From Alphaproteobacteria bacterium (GTDB taxonomy: Bacteria; Pseudomonadota; Alphaproteobacteria; SP197), in NCBI GenBank assembly GCA_964291415.2, contig OZ219917.1, positions 520,610 through 584,609 of the forward strand: a stretch of 64,000 nucleotides of DNA, read 5' to 3'. Shown piece after piece: positions 54,255-63,326 of this stretch. The notes under the pieces were generated by a model. It was not told the DNA's origin. It searched no databases and was given only the letters and a program-made list of their open reading frames with translations. A program made the position numbers and the translations under genes. Each line of letters opens with the position of its first letter. The stretch's first letter is position 1.

Positions 54255-54866
54255 ATGGCCAACCTTCTCTATCAGGGAGATCTTCCCTCCGGCCTTGATC
54301 TCGGGGCCACGATCGCTGTCGATTCCGAGACCATGGGCCTCAAGCCCATGCGTGACCGACTGTGCCTCGTTCAGCTTTCCAGCGGCGACGGCAATGCCCA
54401 TCTCGTGCAGTTCCCCCGGGGCGACCTCGCGGCTCCGCGGTTGCGCGCGCTCCTGACAGATCCCGGCACCCTGAAGATCTTTCACTTTGCCCGGTTCGAT
54501 CTCGCTGCAATCCGCCACCACATGGGTATCGTCGTGTCACCGGTCTACTGCACCAAGATCGCGTCCCGCCTGGTGCGGACCTTTGCCGAGCGGCACGGCC
54601 TCAAGGATCTGTGCAAGGAACTTCTCGGAGTCGACATCTCCAAGCAGATGCAAAGCAGCGACTGGGGGGCGGGAGAACTGTCGAACCGGCAGCTCGACTA
54701 CGCGGCTGCGGACGTTCTCCACCTCCATCGACTGAAGGCGGAACTCGATCGCCGGCTGGAGCGCGAGGAACGCACGGAGTTGGCCGAGGCCATTTTCCGC
54801 TTTCTGCCGACCCGTGCCGAACTCGATCTTCTGGGCTGGAACGATCCGGATATCCTGGACCACTGA
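54255..54866 (+). CDS. RNase D-like 3'-5' exonuclease (DEDD family)
   Basis: Exo I motif IAVDSETMGL; Exo II and III regions FHFARFDL and YAAADVLHL. Confidence 0.85.
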   Translation: MANLLYQGDLPSGLDLGATIAVDSETMGLKPMRDRLCLVQLSSGDGNAHLVQFPRGDLAAPRLRALLTDPGTLKIFHFARFDLAAIRHHMGIVVSPVYCTKIASRLVRTFAERHGLKDLCKELLGVDISKQMQSSDWGAGELSNRQLDYAAADVLHLHRLKAELDRRLEREERTELAEAIFRFLPTRAELDLLGWNDPDILDH

Positions 54867-54870
54867 TCCG

Positions 54871-55521
54871 ATGGCCAGCCCGCCCACAGACGGCCTCACC
54901 CCGGATGACGCCCTGCCGCATCCCCGTCACCGCTCTCTGCTGCGCTACACGCGCATCGTCCGCCTGCTGCGCTGGCTGTTGCCGCTGTGCGCCCTCGCCC
55001 TTGCCGTCTTTCTGCTGTTGTGGCCGACCTTCAATCTCATCGAGTTGCCTGATGTGATTCCGATCCGTGGACTTGAACAGCCGACGGCCGAGCGCTCGAC
55101 CATGACCAATGTCAGGTTCCTTGGAACGGACAGCGATGGCCGGCCCTTCACCATCCGCGCCCGAACGGCTTGGCATGGTTCGGACAGGGATGACATGGTG
55201 TTTCTCGAGGGTGTGAGTGGCTCCATTACCGTCGGTGACGGCGAATGGACGTCCCTGGAGGCCGATAGCGGCTACTTTGAACAAAAAAGCCAGGTGCTCA
55301 CCCTTGAATCGTCTGTTCAGGTCATCTCCAGCAGCGGGTATCGTCTTGAAAGCGAGCGCGTTCTCATCGACCTGGAGCGGGGGATGGCGCACAGCGATGC
55401 CATGGTCAAAGGCACCGGTCCGTCGGGAGATCTCGCGGCGGAGGGATTCGTGGTCAGCGACCATGGCGGCAAGTTCACGTTTTCCGGCGACGTTGAAATC
55501 TCGCTTCAGCCGGGTGATTGA
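54871..55521 (+). CDS. lptC: LPS export periplasmic protein LptC
   Basis: An N-terminal membrane anchor LLRWLLPLCALALAVFLLLWP is followed by a beta-jellyroll. It sits upstream of lptA-lptB. Confidence 0.8.
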   Translation: MASPPTDGLTPDDALPHPRHRSLLRYTRIVRLLRWLLPLCALALAVFLLLWPTFNLIELPDVIPIRGLEQPTAERSTMTNVRFLGTDSDGRPFTIRARTAWHGSDRDDMVFLEGVSGSITVGDGEWTSLEADSGYFEQKSQVLTLESSVQVISSSGYRLESERVLIDLERGMAHSDAMVKGTGPSGDLAAEGFVVSDHGGKFTFSGDVEISLQPGD

Positions 55522-55748
55522 ACGGACCTGTACGCGACCCCTGTGGACGGCGGTCAAGTATCCCTTGAAGCGCCACCGGGGCGTCAGGTATGGTAGGCGT
55601 GGTTAGGAGTGAAGGAGCCACTTTCACGGGTGGTGTCTGTGGCGAACCTCCACTATACCTCGTGGAAATGTAACCGTCCGGGACATCCAAAGACCATGCA
55701 TCGCGTTTTCCGGACAGCACTCTCCGGCGATCAACTCAAGAGCCTCCC

Positions 55749-56255
55749 ATGAACAAACTCGAGAGTCTCGCGGTCATTGGTGTTCTTGGTCTGCTTCCGG
55801 TGCTGCCGGCAGCGGCGCAGATGTTCTCGATCAGCGACTACAACAGCGGTGAGCCGATCGAGGTGTCGGCCGACAGTCTCGATGTCGATTCGGAATCGCG
55901 GGATGTCACGTTGTACGGCAGTGTCCAGGTCATGCAGGGCGAGTTGACCGTGCGCGCCGATACCATGGTCGTGCACTACAATGACGACGGAGACGGCAAC
56001 CGCGTCGAATCCATCCAGGCGAACGGCGACGTTGTGGTTCTCACCGATGACGGCACGGCACACGGCGACGCCGGTCTGTGGTCGGTGGCCTCGGGTATCG
56101 TCATCCTCGAGGACAATGTGCGGCTGGTGAACGACGATGCCGTTCTGACCGGCACGAAGGTGACGCTTGACCTGGCGAGTGGACAGGTCAACATCGTTGG
56201 CGGAGAGGAAAGGGTGAACATACTTCTGAGTGCTGTCGACGAAGGCGATCAGTGA
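55749..56255 (+). CDS. lptA: LPS transport periplasmic protein LptA (OstA-like)
   Basis: Signal peptide MNKLESLAVIGVLGLLPVLPAAAQ, then OstA-type repeats (GSVQVMQGELTVRADTMVVHY, GDVVVLTDDGTAHGD). Confidence 0.85.
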   Translation: MNKLESLAVIGVLGLLPVLPAAAQMFSISDYNSGEPIEVSADSLDVDSESRDVTLYGSVQVMQGELTVRADTMVVHYNDDGDGNRVESIQANGDVVVLTDDGTAHGDAGLWSVASGIVILEDNVRLVNDDAVLTGTKVTLDLASGQVNIVGGEERVNILLSAVDEGDQ

Positions 56256-57016
56256 ACGCGACCTATGAGAGCGGACCCGTCCTGGTCAGTCACAACCGGG
56301 GTCTTGTCGCCTCCAACCTGACCAAGAGCTATCGCAAGCGTCCCATTGTCCGCAACATCAGCCTCAATGTGCATGCCGGAGAGGTCGTGGGTCTCCTCGG
56401 TCTCAATGGTGCCGGCAAGACGACGTGCTTCTACCTCATCACAGGCCTGGTGGCCGCCGACGCCGGCACGATCACGCTCGATGGTCACGATGTCACGGGA
56501 TTGCCGATGTACCGGCGGGCGCGCCTCGGCATCGGCTATCTGCCGCAGGAAGCCTCGATCTTCCGTGGCCTGTCGGTCGAGGCCAACATCAGGGCCGCCC
56601 TTGAGGTCGTCGAGGACGACTACGATGTCCGCGAGACCATGCTCGATTTGCTTCTTGCCGAGTTCTCCATTTCACACCTGCGCCACACCCCCGCCGTGGC
56701 TCTCTCGGGGGGAGAGAGACGACGCGTCGAAATCGCCCGTGCCCTTGCCTCGCGTCCCTCCATCATGCTGCTGGACGAGCCGCTTGCCGGGATCGACCCC
56801 ATAGCACTCGGCGACATCCGCGAGCTGGTGGCCCAGATCAAGGACAGCGGTATCGGCGTGCTCATCACCGATCACAACGTGCGCGAGACCTTCGGCATCG
56901 TCGATCGCGCCTACATTCTCCACGAGGGCACCATCCTCATGGAAGGACCGCCCGAGGACGTTGCCGCCCACAGGATCGTTCGCGAGGTCTATCTCGGCCG
57001 CCAGTTCCGCCTCTAG
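56252..57016 (+). CDS. lptB: LPS export ABC ATPase LptB
   Basis: GLNGAGKTT, LSGGERRRVEIARAL, LLDEPLAGIDP. The GTG start overlaps the lptA stop (GTGA). Confidence 0.93.
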   Translation: MNATYESGPVLVSHNRGLVASNLTKSYRKRPIVRNISLNVHAGEVVGLLGLNGAGKTTCFYLITGLVAADAGTITLDGHDVTGLPMYRRARLGIGYLPQEASIFRGLSVEANIRAALEVVEDDYDVRETMLDLLLAEFSISHLRHTPAVALSGGERRRVEIARALASRPSIMLLDEPLAGIDPIALGDIRELVAQIKDSGIGVLITDHNVRETFGIVDRAYILHEGTILMEGPPEDVAAHRIVREVYLGRQFRL

Positions 57017-57470
57017 GCGTCGTCGACTGACCGGCACTGATTGGGCAGCGTGGCGCTTCGCGGTTCATCTGCCGGCAGTTTCGTCCATCCGGGCGCGAGA
57101 TCGTGTCCCGAGCCGTGGTGTACCATCACCACGGGTTAGACATGGCAACACGAAACCTGAAGTGCCCAACCGTCGTTTCTCGATTTCATGCCCATATACA
57201 ACATGTTAAAGGACACTGCAAGAGCAGGAGGCGTTCCCGAGAGGCAACGCTGCTCATGTGAGTCGCGACGGTCTCGTTGCCGGTCACCGTCTCGCCGCGA
57301 TCGTCGTACAGGTTATACCAATGGGAATTGCAACCGGCGGCCGAATTGAGGCATCGTGTCATCGCCTTGTCGCCAGCCTACGAATCCCCGTCACCGTTCC
57401 GGATACGGAAGGGCAGTTACAATGTCCGGGGATGTACCGGCGGCGCTGAACCGGTCGGGTATCGCCTGTT

Positions 57471-58694
57471 CTATGCCGAGCCCCTGATCGCCGTCGCGTA
57501 GGCAGCGAGGTCCGAGGCGCTCATCCGAAGTTGTCGCGCTTTCTGTCGCCACCCGTCCAATGCGGCCGCGACCTCATCGATGATGGCATCGGCCCGGATC
57601 AGGTCCAGCGCGAAGTAGGGCGCAGCGGCGCGGGCCAGGTCCAGGTCGGCATCCGGCCCTTCTTCCGATATCCAAGTCGTCAGTTCCCGCGCCTTTTCGG
57701 TCAGCGGCACCGGGTTCAGGTCATAGGCCGGCGAAAGGCGCCACTTGTTGTCGTGATCGTACAGGAAGCCATGGTTGCGGAGGTGGTCGTCAAGATTGCC
57801 GATCATCACGTTGAAGACGATCCGCCTCCACAGCTCATGCAGGTCTTCGGTCGGCGCGCTCGAATACATCCTGATGACTTCTGCGATATCCGTGTAGGTC
57901 GCTTCGTCGCCGTCGCTGAGCCCGAGCAGGGTCATGGCGGAAATGAACGGGATTCTTCGGTCTTCATCGCGGTCGAACCGCGTGATCAGAGACACCGGCC
58001 GACCGGCCACGTTCAGCAGTGTTGCCTGGGCAACATCGATGCCCGCGGCGGCGGCGAGTGTCATCGCAAGGACCTCGCCATGCGGGATGCTGCGATCGTC
58101 GTCGTTCTTCGGAAACTTGGCGATCGCCAGGCGATCGTCATTGTCGATGACGGCGGACTTGGGGCGAGCGCCACCGAGCGGCGAGCCCTCGTTCAGCAGA
58201 AGTCTCAGGTCTTCGGCGGTTTCGGTGTTGGACAGGACCGCATCGGCGGCGTTGAGGAGTGCCGGTAGCCGGATCAGGGGCGGCACACGGTAGCGGCCGA
58301 TGTCGTGGTCGAAGGTCTCTTCGCCTTCCCGGCGGTACCGGAGCGCGCCGATTCTCGTCCGATCGTTGATGGCGAGGAGATAGTCGATCTCGGACAGGGC
58401 GCGCTGCTCGCCGGCCTTGCGAAAAGCACGTCGTATCAGTTGCTGGCCCCAGCGGTCCGGGGCGGTGTCGCGCAGCGCACCGGGTAATGCCGACTTGCCG
58501 GAGGAGGTATACATCTGCCGGCGTTCCAGCGGCAGGTTCGCCGGATCCAGGGCGAATGCATCGGTGCGGTCGCGCCACGCGTCGGCGTACTCGAAGACCG
58601 AGCTTTGGCCATGTCGCCTGGCGACGTAATGGCACCGGCCGACGAAATGTGTCTCTCCGTTATCGTCGACAAAGACCTCGATGGTGTCAGTCAT
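57471..58694 (-). CDS. hipA: type II toxin HipA-family Ser/Thr kinase
   Basis: N-terminal HipA coupling domain. GSPLGGARPKS loop and catalytic DDHLRNHGFL. 4-nt overlap with hipB. Confidence 0.9.
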   Translation of the reverse strand: MTDTIEVFVDDNGETHFVGRCHYVARRHGQSSVFEYADAWRDRTDAFALDPANLPLERRQMYTSSGKSALPGALRDTAPDRWGQQLIRRAFRKAGEQRALSEIDYLLAINDRTRIGALRYRREGEETFDHDIGRYRVPPLIRLPALLNAADAVLSNTETAEDLRLLLNEGSPLGGARPKSAVIDNDDRLAIAKFPKNDDDRSIPHGEVLAMTLAAAAGIDVAQATLLNVAGRPVSLITRFDRDEDRRIPFISAMTLLGLSDGDEATYTDIAEVIRMYSSAPTEDLHELWRRIVFNVMIGNLDDHLRNHGFLYDHDNKWRLSPAYDLNPVPLTEKARELTTWISEEGPDADLDLARAAAPYFALDLIRADAIIDEVAAALDGWRQKARQLRMSASDLAAYATAIRGSA

Positions 58695-59026
58695 GACTGT
58701 GACCGGGAGCGGCGCCGCGGTTGCACCTTCCTGGGCAGTCGATCCTCGTCGATGTCCAGTCCAAGGGAGTCGTCGCGGCGGTCGGCCGTTTGGCCGAGAC
58801 GGTCAGCGAGCCCCAGGATGGCCAAAACTGTTGCGTAGATGCCGATCGAGACCGACGGGTCACCGCGTTCGACCTTGTAGAGGGTGCCACGGCTGATGAA
58901 TGCGCGTTCGGCCATGGAAACGGTCGAGAGGCGACGTTTCTTGCGGGCGACCGCGATGTCTGCGCCCAGCTTGGCGAGGGCCCGTTTGGCTGCTCTGGGC
59001 AGCGCATGTGTCGCCTGTGTTCTCAT
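58691..59026 (-). CDS. hipB: HipB-like XRE-family HTH antitoxin
   Basis: RKKRRLSTVSMAERAFISRGTLYKVERGDPSVSIGIYATVLAILG. Sits immediately upstream of hipA and overlaps it. Confidence 0.85.
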   Translation of the reverse strand: MRTQATHALPRAAKRALAKLGADIAVARKKRRLSTVSMAERAFISRGTLYKVERGDPSVSIGIYATVLAILGLADRLGQTADRRDDSLGLDIDEDRLPRKVQPRRRSRSQS

Positions 59027-59031
59027 CGCAT

Positions 59032-59079
59032 GTCTTATTCAATGAGCAATAAAGGCTCATATTGTTCACTATATAAGAC
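59032..59079. promoter_or_regulatory. nested inverted repeats upstream of hipB (candidate operator and promoter)
   Basis: GTCTTAT (59032-59038) pairs with ATAAGAC (59073-59079). They enclose ATGAGC (59042-59047) and GCTCAT (59055-59060). The stretch is AT-rich and begins 6 nt from the hipB ATG. Confidence 0.5.
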
Positions 59080-59409
59080 AAGTTGGAAATCGGTCAACAA
59101 ACTTCCGAACTTGACCGCGGCCGCATGAGGAAGACCATCCCACAGGCCAAGCACCACGTCGTCTGGTGTGTCGCATTGCTGGGCCGGGGGAAGGACGAGA
59201 CGACCCGCTAGGAATCGGCCAGCCACTGCGAGCACCGCCGTCCGCGAGTCTGCGTTTCAGGGCGGACTCGGGCACATGTTCGAGCAACCGACCACTGCTT
59301 GAGGGTCGCCAGAACCCGGTCCGTCATGGACGTCGTCCTTCCTGTCCATCGTTCCGGCTGACCGCTACCATGGGCATAGTGTTCGCCCTTTGTCATGCCG
59401 GGAGGCCCG

Positions 59410-60246
59410 ATGTCGCTGACCCTGACCCCGCTTTCGCCAGCGCTGGGCGTCGAGATTGCCGGAGTCGACCTCGCCCGGCCGATCGACGGCAGGACGGCGG
59501 CGGCCTTGCGCGATGCGTTCCGGGAACGCCATCTGCTTTTGCTGCGCGACCAGGAGATCGACGGGGACGCCCAGATCCGTTTCGCGACGCTGTTCGGCCC
59601 CGTGTCGCGCCGCGGCGCCTACATGAAGGACCGCGATTTCACCCACGTCTCCAACGTGCGCGAGGGCGGCATTCTGGGTTCAGGCGTTCTGCGCTTCCAT
59701 TCGGACCATACCTTCTTCCGTCATCCTCTCAGGGCGATCTGCCTCTACGCCATCGAGATTCCGCCTTCGGGCGGCGACACGCTGTTCGCCAACGCGGCGG
59801 CGGCCTACGCCAACCTTCCCGACGGGCTGAGGCGACGCATCGCGGACCGCCAGTCGCTCCAGCTCTTCGACTACGGCGGCGACTACAACCGTCGAGTCCT
59901 CGAACGCGACGCCGCGCCCGATGCGCCGCGCTGCTGGCATCCGCTGACGCTCGAGGACGGTGCGGGCCGCATGGTGCTCTTCATGCACGCCCACACCACC
60001 GCTGCCGTCGACGGGCTGAGCGACGCCGAGACCGACGCGCTGATCGAGGAACTGGTGGCCTACATCGCCGACCCCGCCGTCGGTTATCGCCACGCCTGGC
60101 GGCCGGGCGACGTGATCGTCTGGAACAACATCACGCTGCAGCACGCCCGCACCGACTTCGACGCGCGCACCCGCCGCACCTTGCGCCGCGTCCCGATCGC
60201 CGTCAGCGAGGCCGAGGCGCGGGACGAGACGGCGACGGCGGCCTGA
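59410..60246 (+). CDS. TauD/TfdA-family Fe(II)/2-oxoglutarate dioxygenase
   Basis: HxD in LRFHSDHTF; also IPPSGGDTLFAN and NITLQHAR. ATG 59410 lies 4 nt after GGAGG (the ORF track starts at 59395). Confidence 0.88.
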   Translation: MSLTLTPLSPALGVEIAGVDLARPIDGRTAAALRDAFRERHLLLLRDQEIDGDAQIRFATLFGPVSRRGAYMKDRDFTHVSNVREGGILGSGVLRFHSDHTFFRHPLRAICLYAIEIPPSGGDTLFANAAAAYANLPDGLRRRIADRQSLQLFDYGGDYNRRVLERDAAPDAPRCWHPLTLEDGAGRMVLFMHAHTTAAVDGLSDAETDALIEELVAYIADPAVGYRHAWRPGDVIVWNNITLQHARTDFDARTRRTLRRVPIAVSEAEARDETATAA

Positions 60247-60333
60247 CCGGAACGCGGGGCGCGGGCACACAGGAGGAGGAACCATGGCCGGACCCGTCGT
60301 CGAGACCCGGATTGCCCGGGAAGGCAAGTCTCC

Positions 60334-61107
60334 TTGAGCGGCGGGCGATTCGCCGGAAAGTCCGCGATCGTCACCGGCGCGGCCGGCGGTATCGGCCGGG
60401 CGACGGCGTTGCGCCTGGCTGCCGAGGGCGCCTCGGTGCTGGCCGTCGACGTCAAGCAGCCGGAGCTTCGCGAGACCGCCGCCATGGCCGGCGGGCGGGC
60501 TTTGCGCACGCTCGTTGCCGATGTCGCCGACCGCACCCAGCCCGGGCGCATCGTGAAGGAGGCCCTCGACGCCCACGGCAGGCTCGACCATCTCGTCAAC
60601 AATGCCGGCATCGGCGGCCGGGGCGGCGGTGTGCGCGAAGCGAGCGACGCGGACTGGGACGGCGTCCTCGACGTGAACCTCGGTTCCGTCTTTCGCATGT
60701 CGCGCGCCGCGCTCGAGCACCTGCCGCGGCCCGGCGGCAGGATCGTCCAGATCGCCTCCGTATTCGGTCTCGTCGGTTTCCCAGGCTCTGCCGCCTATGC
60801 CGCCGCCAAGGGCGCGGTCGCCCAGCTCACGCGCCAGATGGCCGCCGACCACGCCGCCGACGGCGTCAACATCAACGCCATCGCCCCCGGGGTGATCGAC
60901 ACGCCGATGACGGCGCGGAACATCCGGACGGACGCATGGTACCGGCAGGCCATGATCCGCAACACGCCCATGGGAGTTGGAGAGCCCGACGACATCGCGG
61001 GCGTTGCGGCCTTTCTCCTGAGCGACGACGCCCGTTACATCAACGGCCAGGTCATTGCCGTCGACGGCGGCTGGCTGGCCACGCGATACTGGCCCAGGGA
61101 TGACTGA
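60334..61107 (+). CDS. SDR-family oxidoreductase
   Basis: TGAAGGIG, NNAG, YAAAK. The TTG start overlaps the stop of a 17-codon upstream ORF. Confidence 0.88.
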   Translation: MSGGRFAGKSAIVTGAAGGIGRATALRLAAEGASVLAVDVKQPELRETAAMAGGRALRTLVADVADRTQPGRIVKEALDAHGRLDHLVNNAGIGGRGGGVREASDADWDGVLDVNLGSVFRMSRAALEHLPRPGGRIVQIASVFGLVGFPGSAAYAAAKGAVAQLTRQMAADHAADGVNINAIAPGVIDTPMTARNIRTDAWYRQAMIRNTPMGVGEPDDIAGVAAFLLSDDARYINGQVIAVDGGWLATRYWPRDD

Positions 61108-61308
61108 AGCGATCGAGATCCAGCGCTTCCCGGGCCGGACGGCAGGGCGAGCCGCGGGCCGTGTCGCCACAACCGGGGTGGCGCGGGAGGGTCCCCTTGT
61201 CGGACTGGCGGACAGTCCCTATATTCCGGACCACGAAGCGCGGGCGAGGTCCATGTCCGCGACCGGGACCGGTGGTGACGGTCTCCGGTGACGATGAGCG
61301 GATCATCC

Positions 61309-61605
61309 ATGAAGATTTCCATCACAGGTCATCAGACAGACGTCAGTGAAACGTTGCGCCATCACGTGGAGCAGACGCTCGGCAGTGCCATCGACAAGTA
61401 CTTCGCCGATTCGCTGAGCGCGCACGTGACGTTCTCGCGCGAGGCTCAAAACCACCGGGTGCACATCTCCGTCCATGTCGGACACGACATCAATGCCGAG
61501 GGGGATGGCGGTGCGCAGACGGCATCTGCCGCGTTCGGCAAGGCTATGGAACATGTCGCAAAGCAGCTCCGGCGCAACAAGCGGAAACTGCGCGAACATC
61601 ACTGA
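61309..61605 (+). CDS. hpf: ribosome hibernation promoting factor (short HPF/YfiA type)
   Basis: MKISITGHQTDVSETLRHHVEQ...; 98 aa, upstream of ptsN. Confidence 0.9.
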   Translation: MKISITGHQTDVSETLRHHVEQTLGSAIDKYFADSLSAHVTFSREAQNHRVHISVHVGHDINAEGDGGAQTASAAFGKAMEHVAKQLRRNKRKLREHH

Positions 61606-61643
61606 CATGGCCGACGCCGTACTGCGCCGGTCCGGGTGACGGG

Positions 61644-62108
61644 ATGGAGATCTCCTCTCTGGTGAGACCTGACGGCGTGGTTCCACGCCTGCGGTCGGCC
61701 AGCAAGAAGCAGGTGCTCCAGGAACTGGCGCGCCATGCCTCGCGCATCATTGGCACCGATGAGCGGGTCATCTTCGATGCCCTTCTCGAACGTGAACGAC
61801 TGGGATCGACGGGAGTCGGGCTGGGAATCGCCATCCCCCATGCCAAGCTTCCCGGACTGCCTGGCCTCTATGGGGTCTTCGCACGTGCGACGTCACCGAT
61901 CGATTTCGATTCCGTGGACGAACAGCCCGTCGATCTCGTGTTCCTCCTTCTGGCGCCGGAAGATGCCGGTGCCGACCACCTCAAGGCTCTTGCCCGGGTG
62001 TCGCGTCTGCTGCGCAACCAGGACGTCTGCCAGAAACTCCGGGGCGCCGACAGCCAGGAAGCCATCTATGCCCTTCTGACCGAAGAGGAGACGGGCCATC
62101 CGGCCTGA
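61644..62108 (+). CDS. ptsN: PTS IIA-Ntr
   Basis: PTS_EIIA_2 fold with the phospho-His context GVGLGIAIPHAKL. Confidence 0.92.
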   Translation: MEISSLVRPDGVVPRLRSASKKQVLQELARHASRIIGTDERVIFDALLERERLGSTGVGLGIAIPHAKLPGLPGLYGVFARATSPIDFDSVDEQPVDLVFLLLAPEDAGADHLKALARVSRLLRNQDVCQKLRGADSQEAIYALLTEEETGHPA

Positions 62109-62114
62109 CCTGTC

Positions 62115-62555
62115 GTGCTGATTCACGGCACCTCGGTCGAAGTCAACGGTGCCGGACTCCTGTTGCGCGGTCCGCCGGGAAGCGGCAAGAGCGACCTCGC
62201 CCTGCGACTGATCAGCGAATGCGAAGCGCGGCTGGTGGCGGACGATCAGGTCGAGGTCAGTCTGCGGGATGGAATTCTGATGGCGCGGGCGCCGGAAAGC
62301 CTGGCGGGCATGATCGAGGTGCGGGGACTGGGAATCGCCAGGTTCGACCATCATCCGTCCTGGGCCGTCCACCTGGTCATCGAACTCTGCGATTCCGTGG
62401 CGAGGTTTCCAGAACCCCGGCAGACCGTGATTGCGGGCTGCCCGCTGCCGGTCTGGCGGCTTCGTGCAAGCGAGGCATCGGCCGTGGCAAAGGTCATGCT
62501 GGCGGTGAAGGCGCTCCAGGGCACGGTGTCTCTCGACGGCGGTTTTGGTTGCTGA
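62115..62555 (+). CDS. hprK: HPr kinase/phosphorylase, short alphaproteobacterial form
   Basis: P-loop GPPGSGKSDLALRLI and signature MIEVRGLGI. At 146 aa it lacks the N-terminal domain of the Firmicute enzyme. GTG start. Confidence 0.88.
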   Translation: MLIHGTSVEVNGAGLLLRGPPGSGKSDLALRLISECEARLVADDQVEVSLRDGILMARAPESLAGMIEVRGLGIARFDHHPSWAVHLVIELCDSVARFPEPRQTVIAGCPLPVWRLRASEASAVAKVMLAVKALQGTVSLDGGFGC

Positions 62556-62637
62556 ATGCCGGGCCTCTTGTGTAATGGGTGGCATGCCCTCTGGAGGGGG
62601 ATGAAGGCGTGACATGGTGCAATCCGGCGGGTGACGC

Positions 62638-63042
62638 ATGATCGGCGTGGTGCTTGTGACCCACGGCCGGCTGGCGGACGAGTTCGTCGCCGCCATCAGG
62701 CATATCGTGGGCGACCAGGAGAACATGACGGCGATCTCGATCGGTCCCGACGACGACATGAAGCAGCGTCGTGCCGACATCGTCGAGGCGGTTGCCGGCG
62801 TCGACACCGGTTCGGGGGTCATCATCCTCACGGACATGTTCGGCGGTACGCCGTCCAATCTCGCGATCTCGGTCATGAATCCAGGAAAGGTGGAGGTCAT
62901 CGCCGGCGTCAACCTGCCGATGCTGGTCCGTCTGGCGTCGGTTCGCCGGAACGCCACCGTCGAGGAGGCCGTTGCCGCCGCGCAGGAAGCGGCCCGGCGT
63001 TACATCAACGTCGCCAGCAGCCTCCTCAAGACCGAATCGTGA
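62638..63042 (+). CDS. PTS EIIA, mannose family (ManX-like)
   Basis: MIGVVLVTHGRLADEFV (phospho-His context) ... ILTDMFGGTPSN. Confidence 0.88.
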   Translation: MIGVVLVTHGRLADEFVAAIRHIVGDQENMTAISIGPDDDMKQRRADIVEAVAGVDTGSGVIILTDMFGGTPSNLAISVMNPGKVEVIAGVNLPMLVRLASVRRNATVEEAVAAAQEAARRYINVASSLLKTES

Positions 63043-63326
63043 CCACCGGTGCCTCTCCTGACGCCATGCGCCGCCGCTTCACCATTCTCAACGAGCGGGG
63101 GCTGCATGCCCGGGCGGCGGCGCGCTTTGTCGCTGCACTCGACATCTTCAGCGCAACCGTCGAGGTGGAAAAGGACGGCATGAAGGTGTCCGGAAGGTCG
63201 ATCATGGGGCTCATGATGCTGGGTGCCGCCATCGGCACGACCATCGAGGTTGAGGCGCGTGGCGACGACGCCGGAGCCGCCCTCGACGCCCTCGGGAGAC
63301 TCGTCGGGAACCGGTTCGATGAATAG
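63039..63326 (+). CDS. ptsH: HPr/NPr phosphocarrier protein
   Basis: FTILNERGLHARAAARFV (His) and VSGRSIMGLMMLGA (Ser). GTG 63039 forms GTGA with the upstream stop; the alternative is ATG 63066. Confidence 0.88.
   Translation: MTTGASPDAMRRRFTILNERGLHARAAARFVAALDIFSATVEVEKDGMKVSGRSIMGLMMLGAAIGTTIEVEARGDDAGAALDALGRLVGNRFDE

Noticed and set aside
57186-57362. 58-codon minus-strand ORF (MTRCLNSAAGCNSHWYNLYDDRGETVTGNETVATH...) in the lptB-hipA spacer.
   Set aside because: No RBS, no recognisable family, and a Cys- and Leu-rich tail that looks non-coding. It may be a gene fragment but cannot be supported.
59100-59340. Minus-strand fragments (MTDRVLATLKQWSV... / ...EHVPESALKRRLADGGARSGWPIPSGSSR) that vaguely resemble the HTH of a LysR-type regulator. 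They are divergent from the TauD gene and possibly truncated by the hipBA insertion.
   Set aside because: The similarity is to a consensus reconstructed from memory and needs a frameshift. Beyond ~45 residues nothing LysR-like continues. This is too weak without a profile search.
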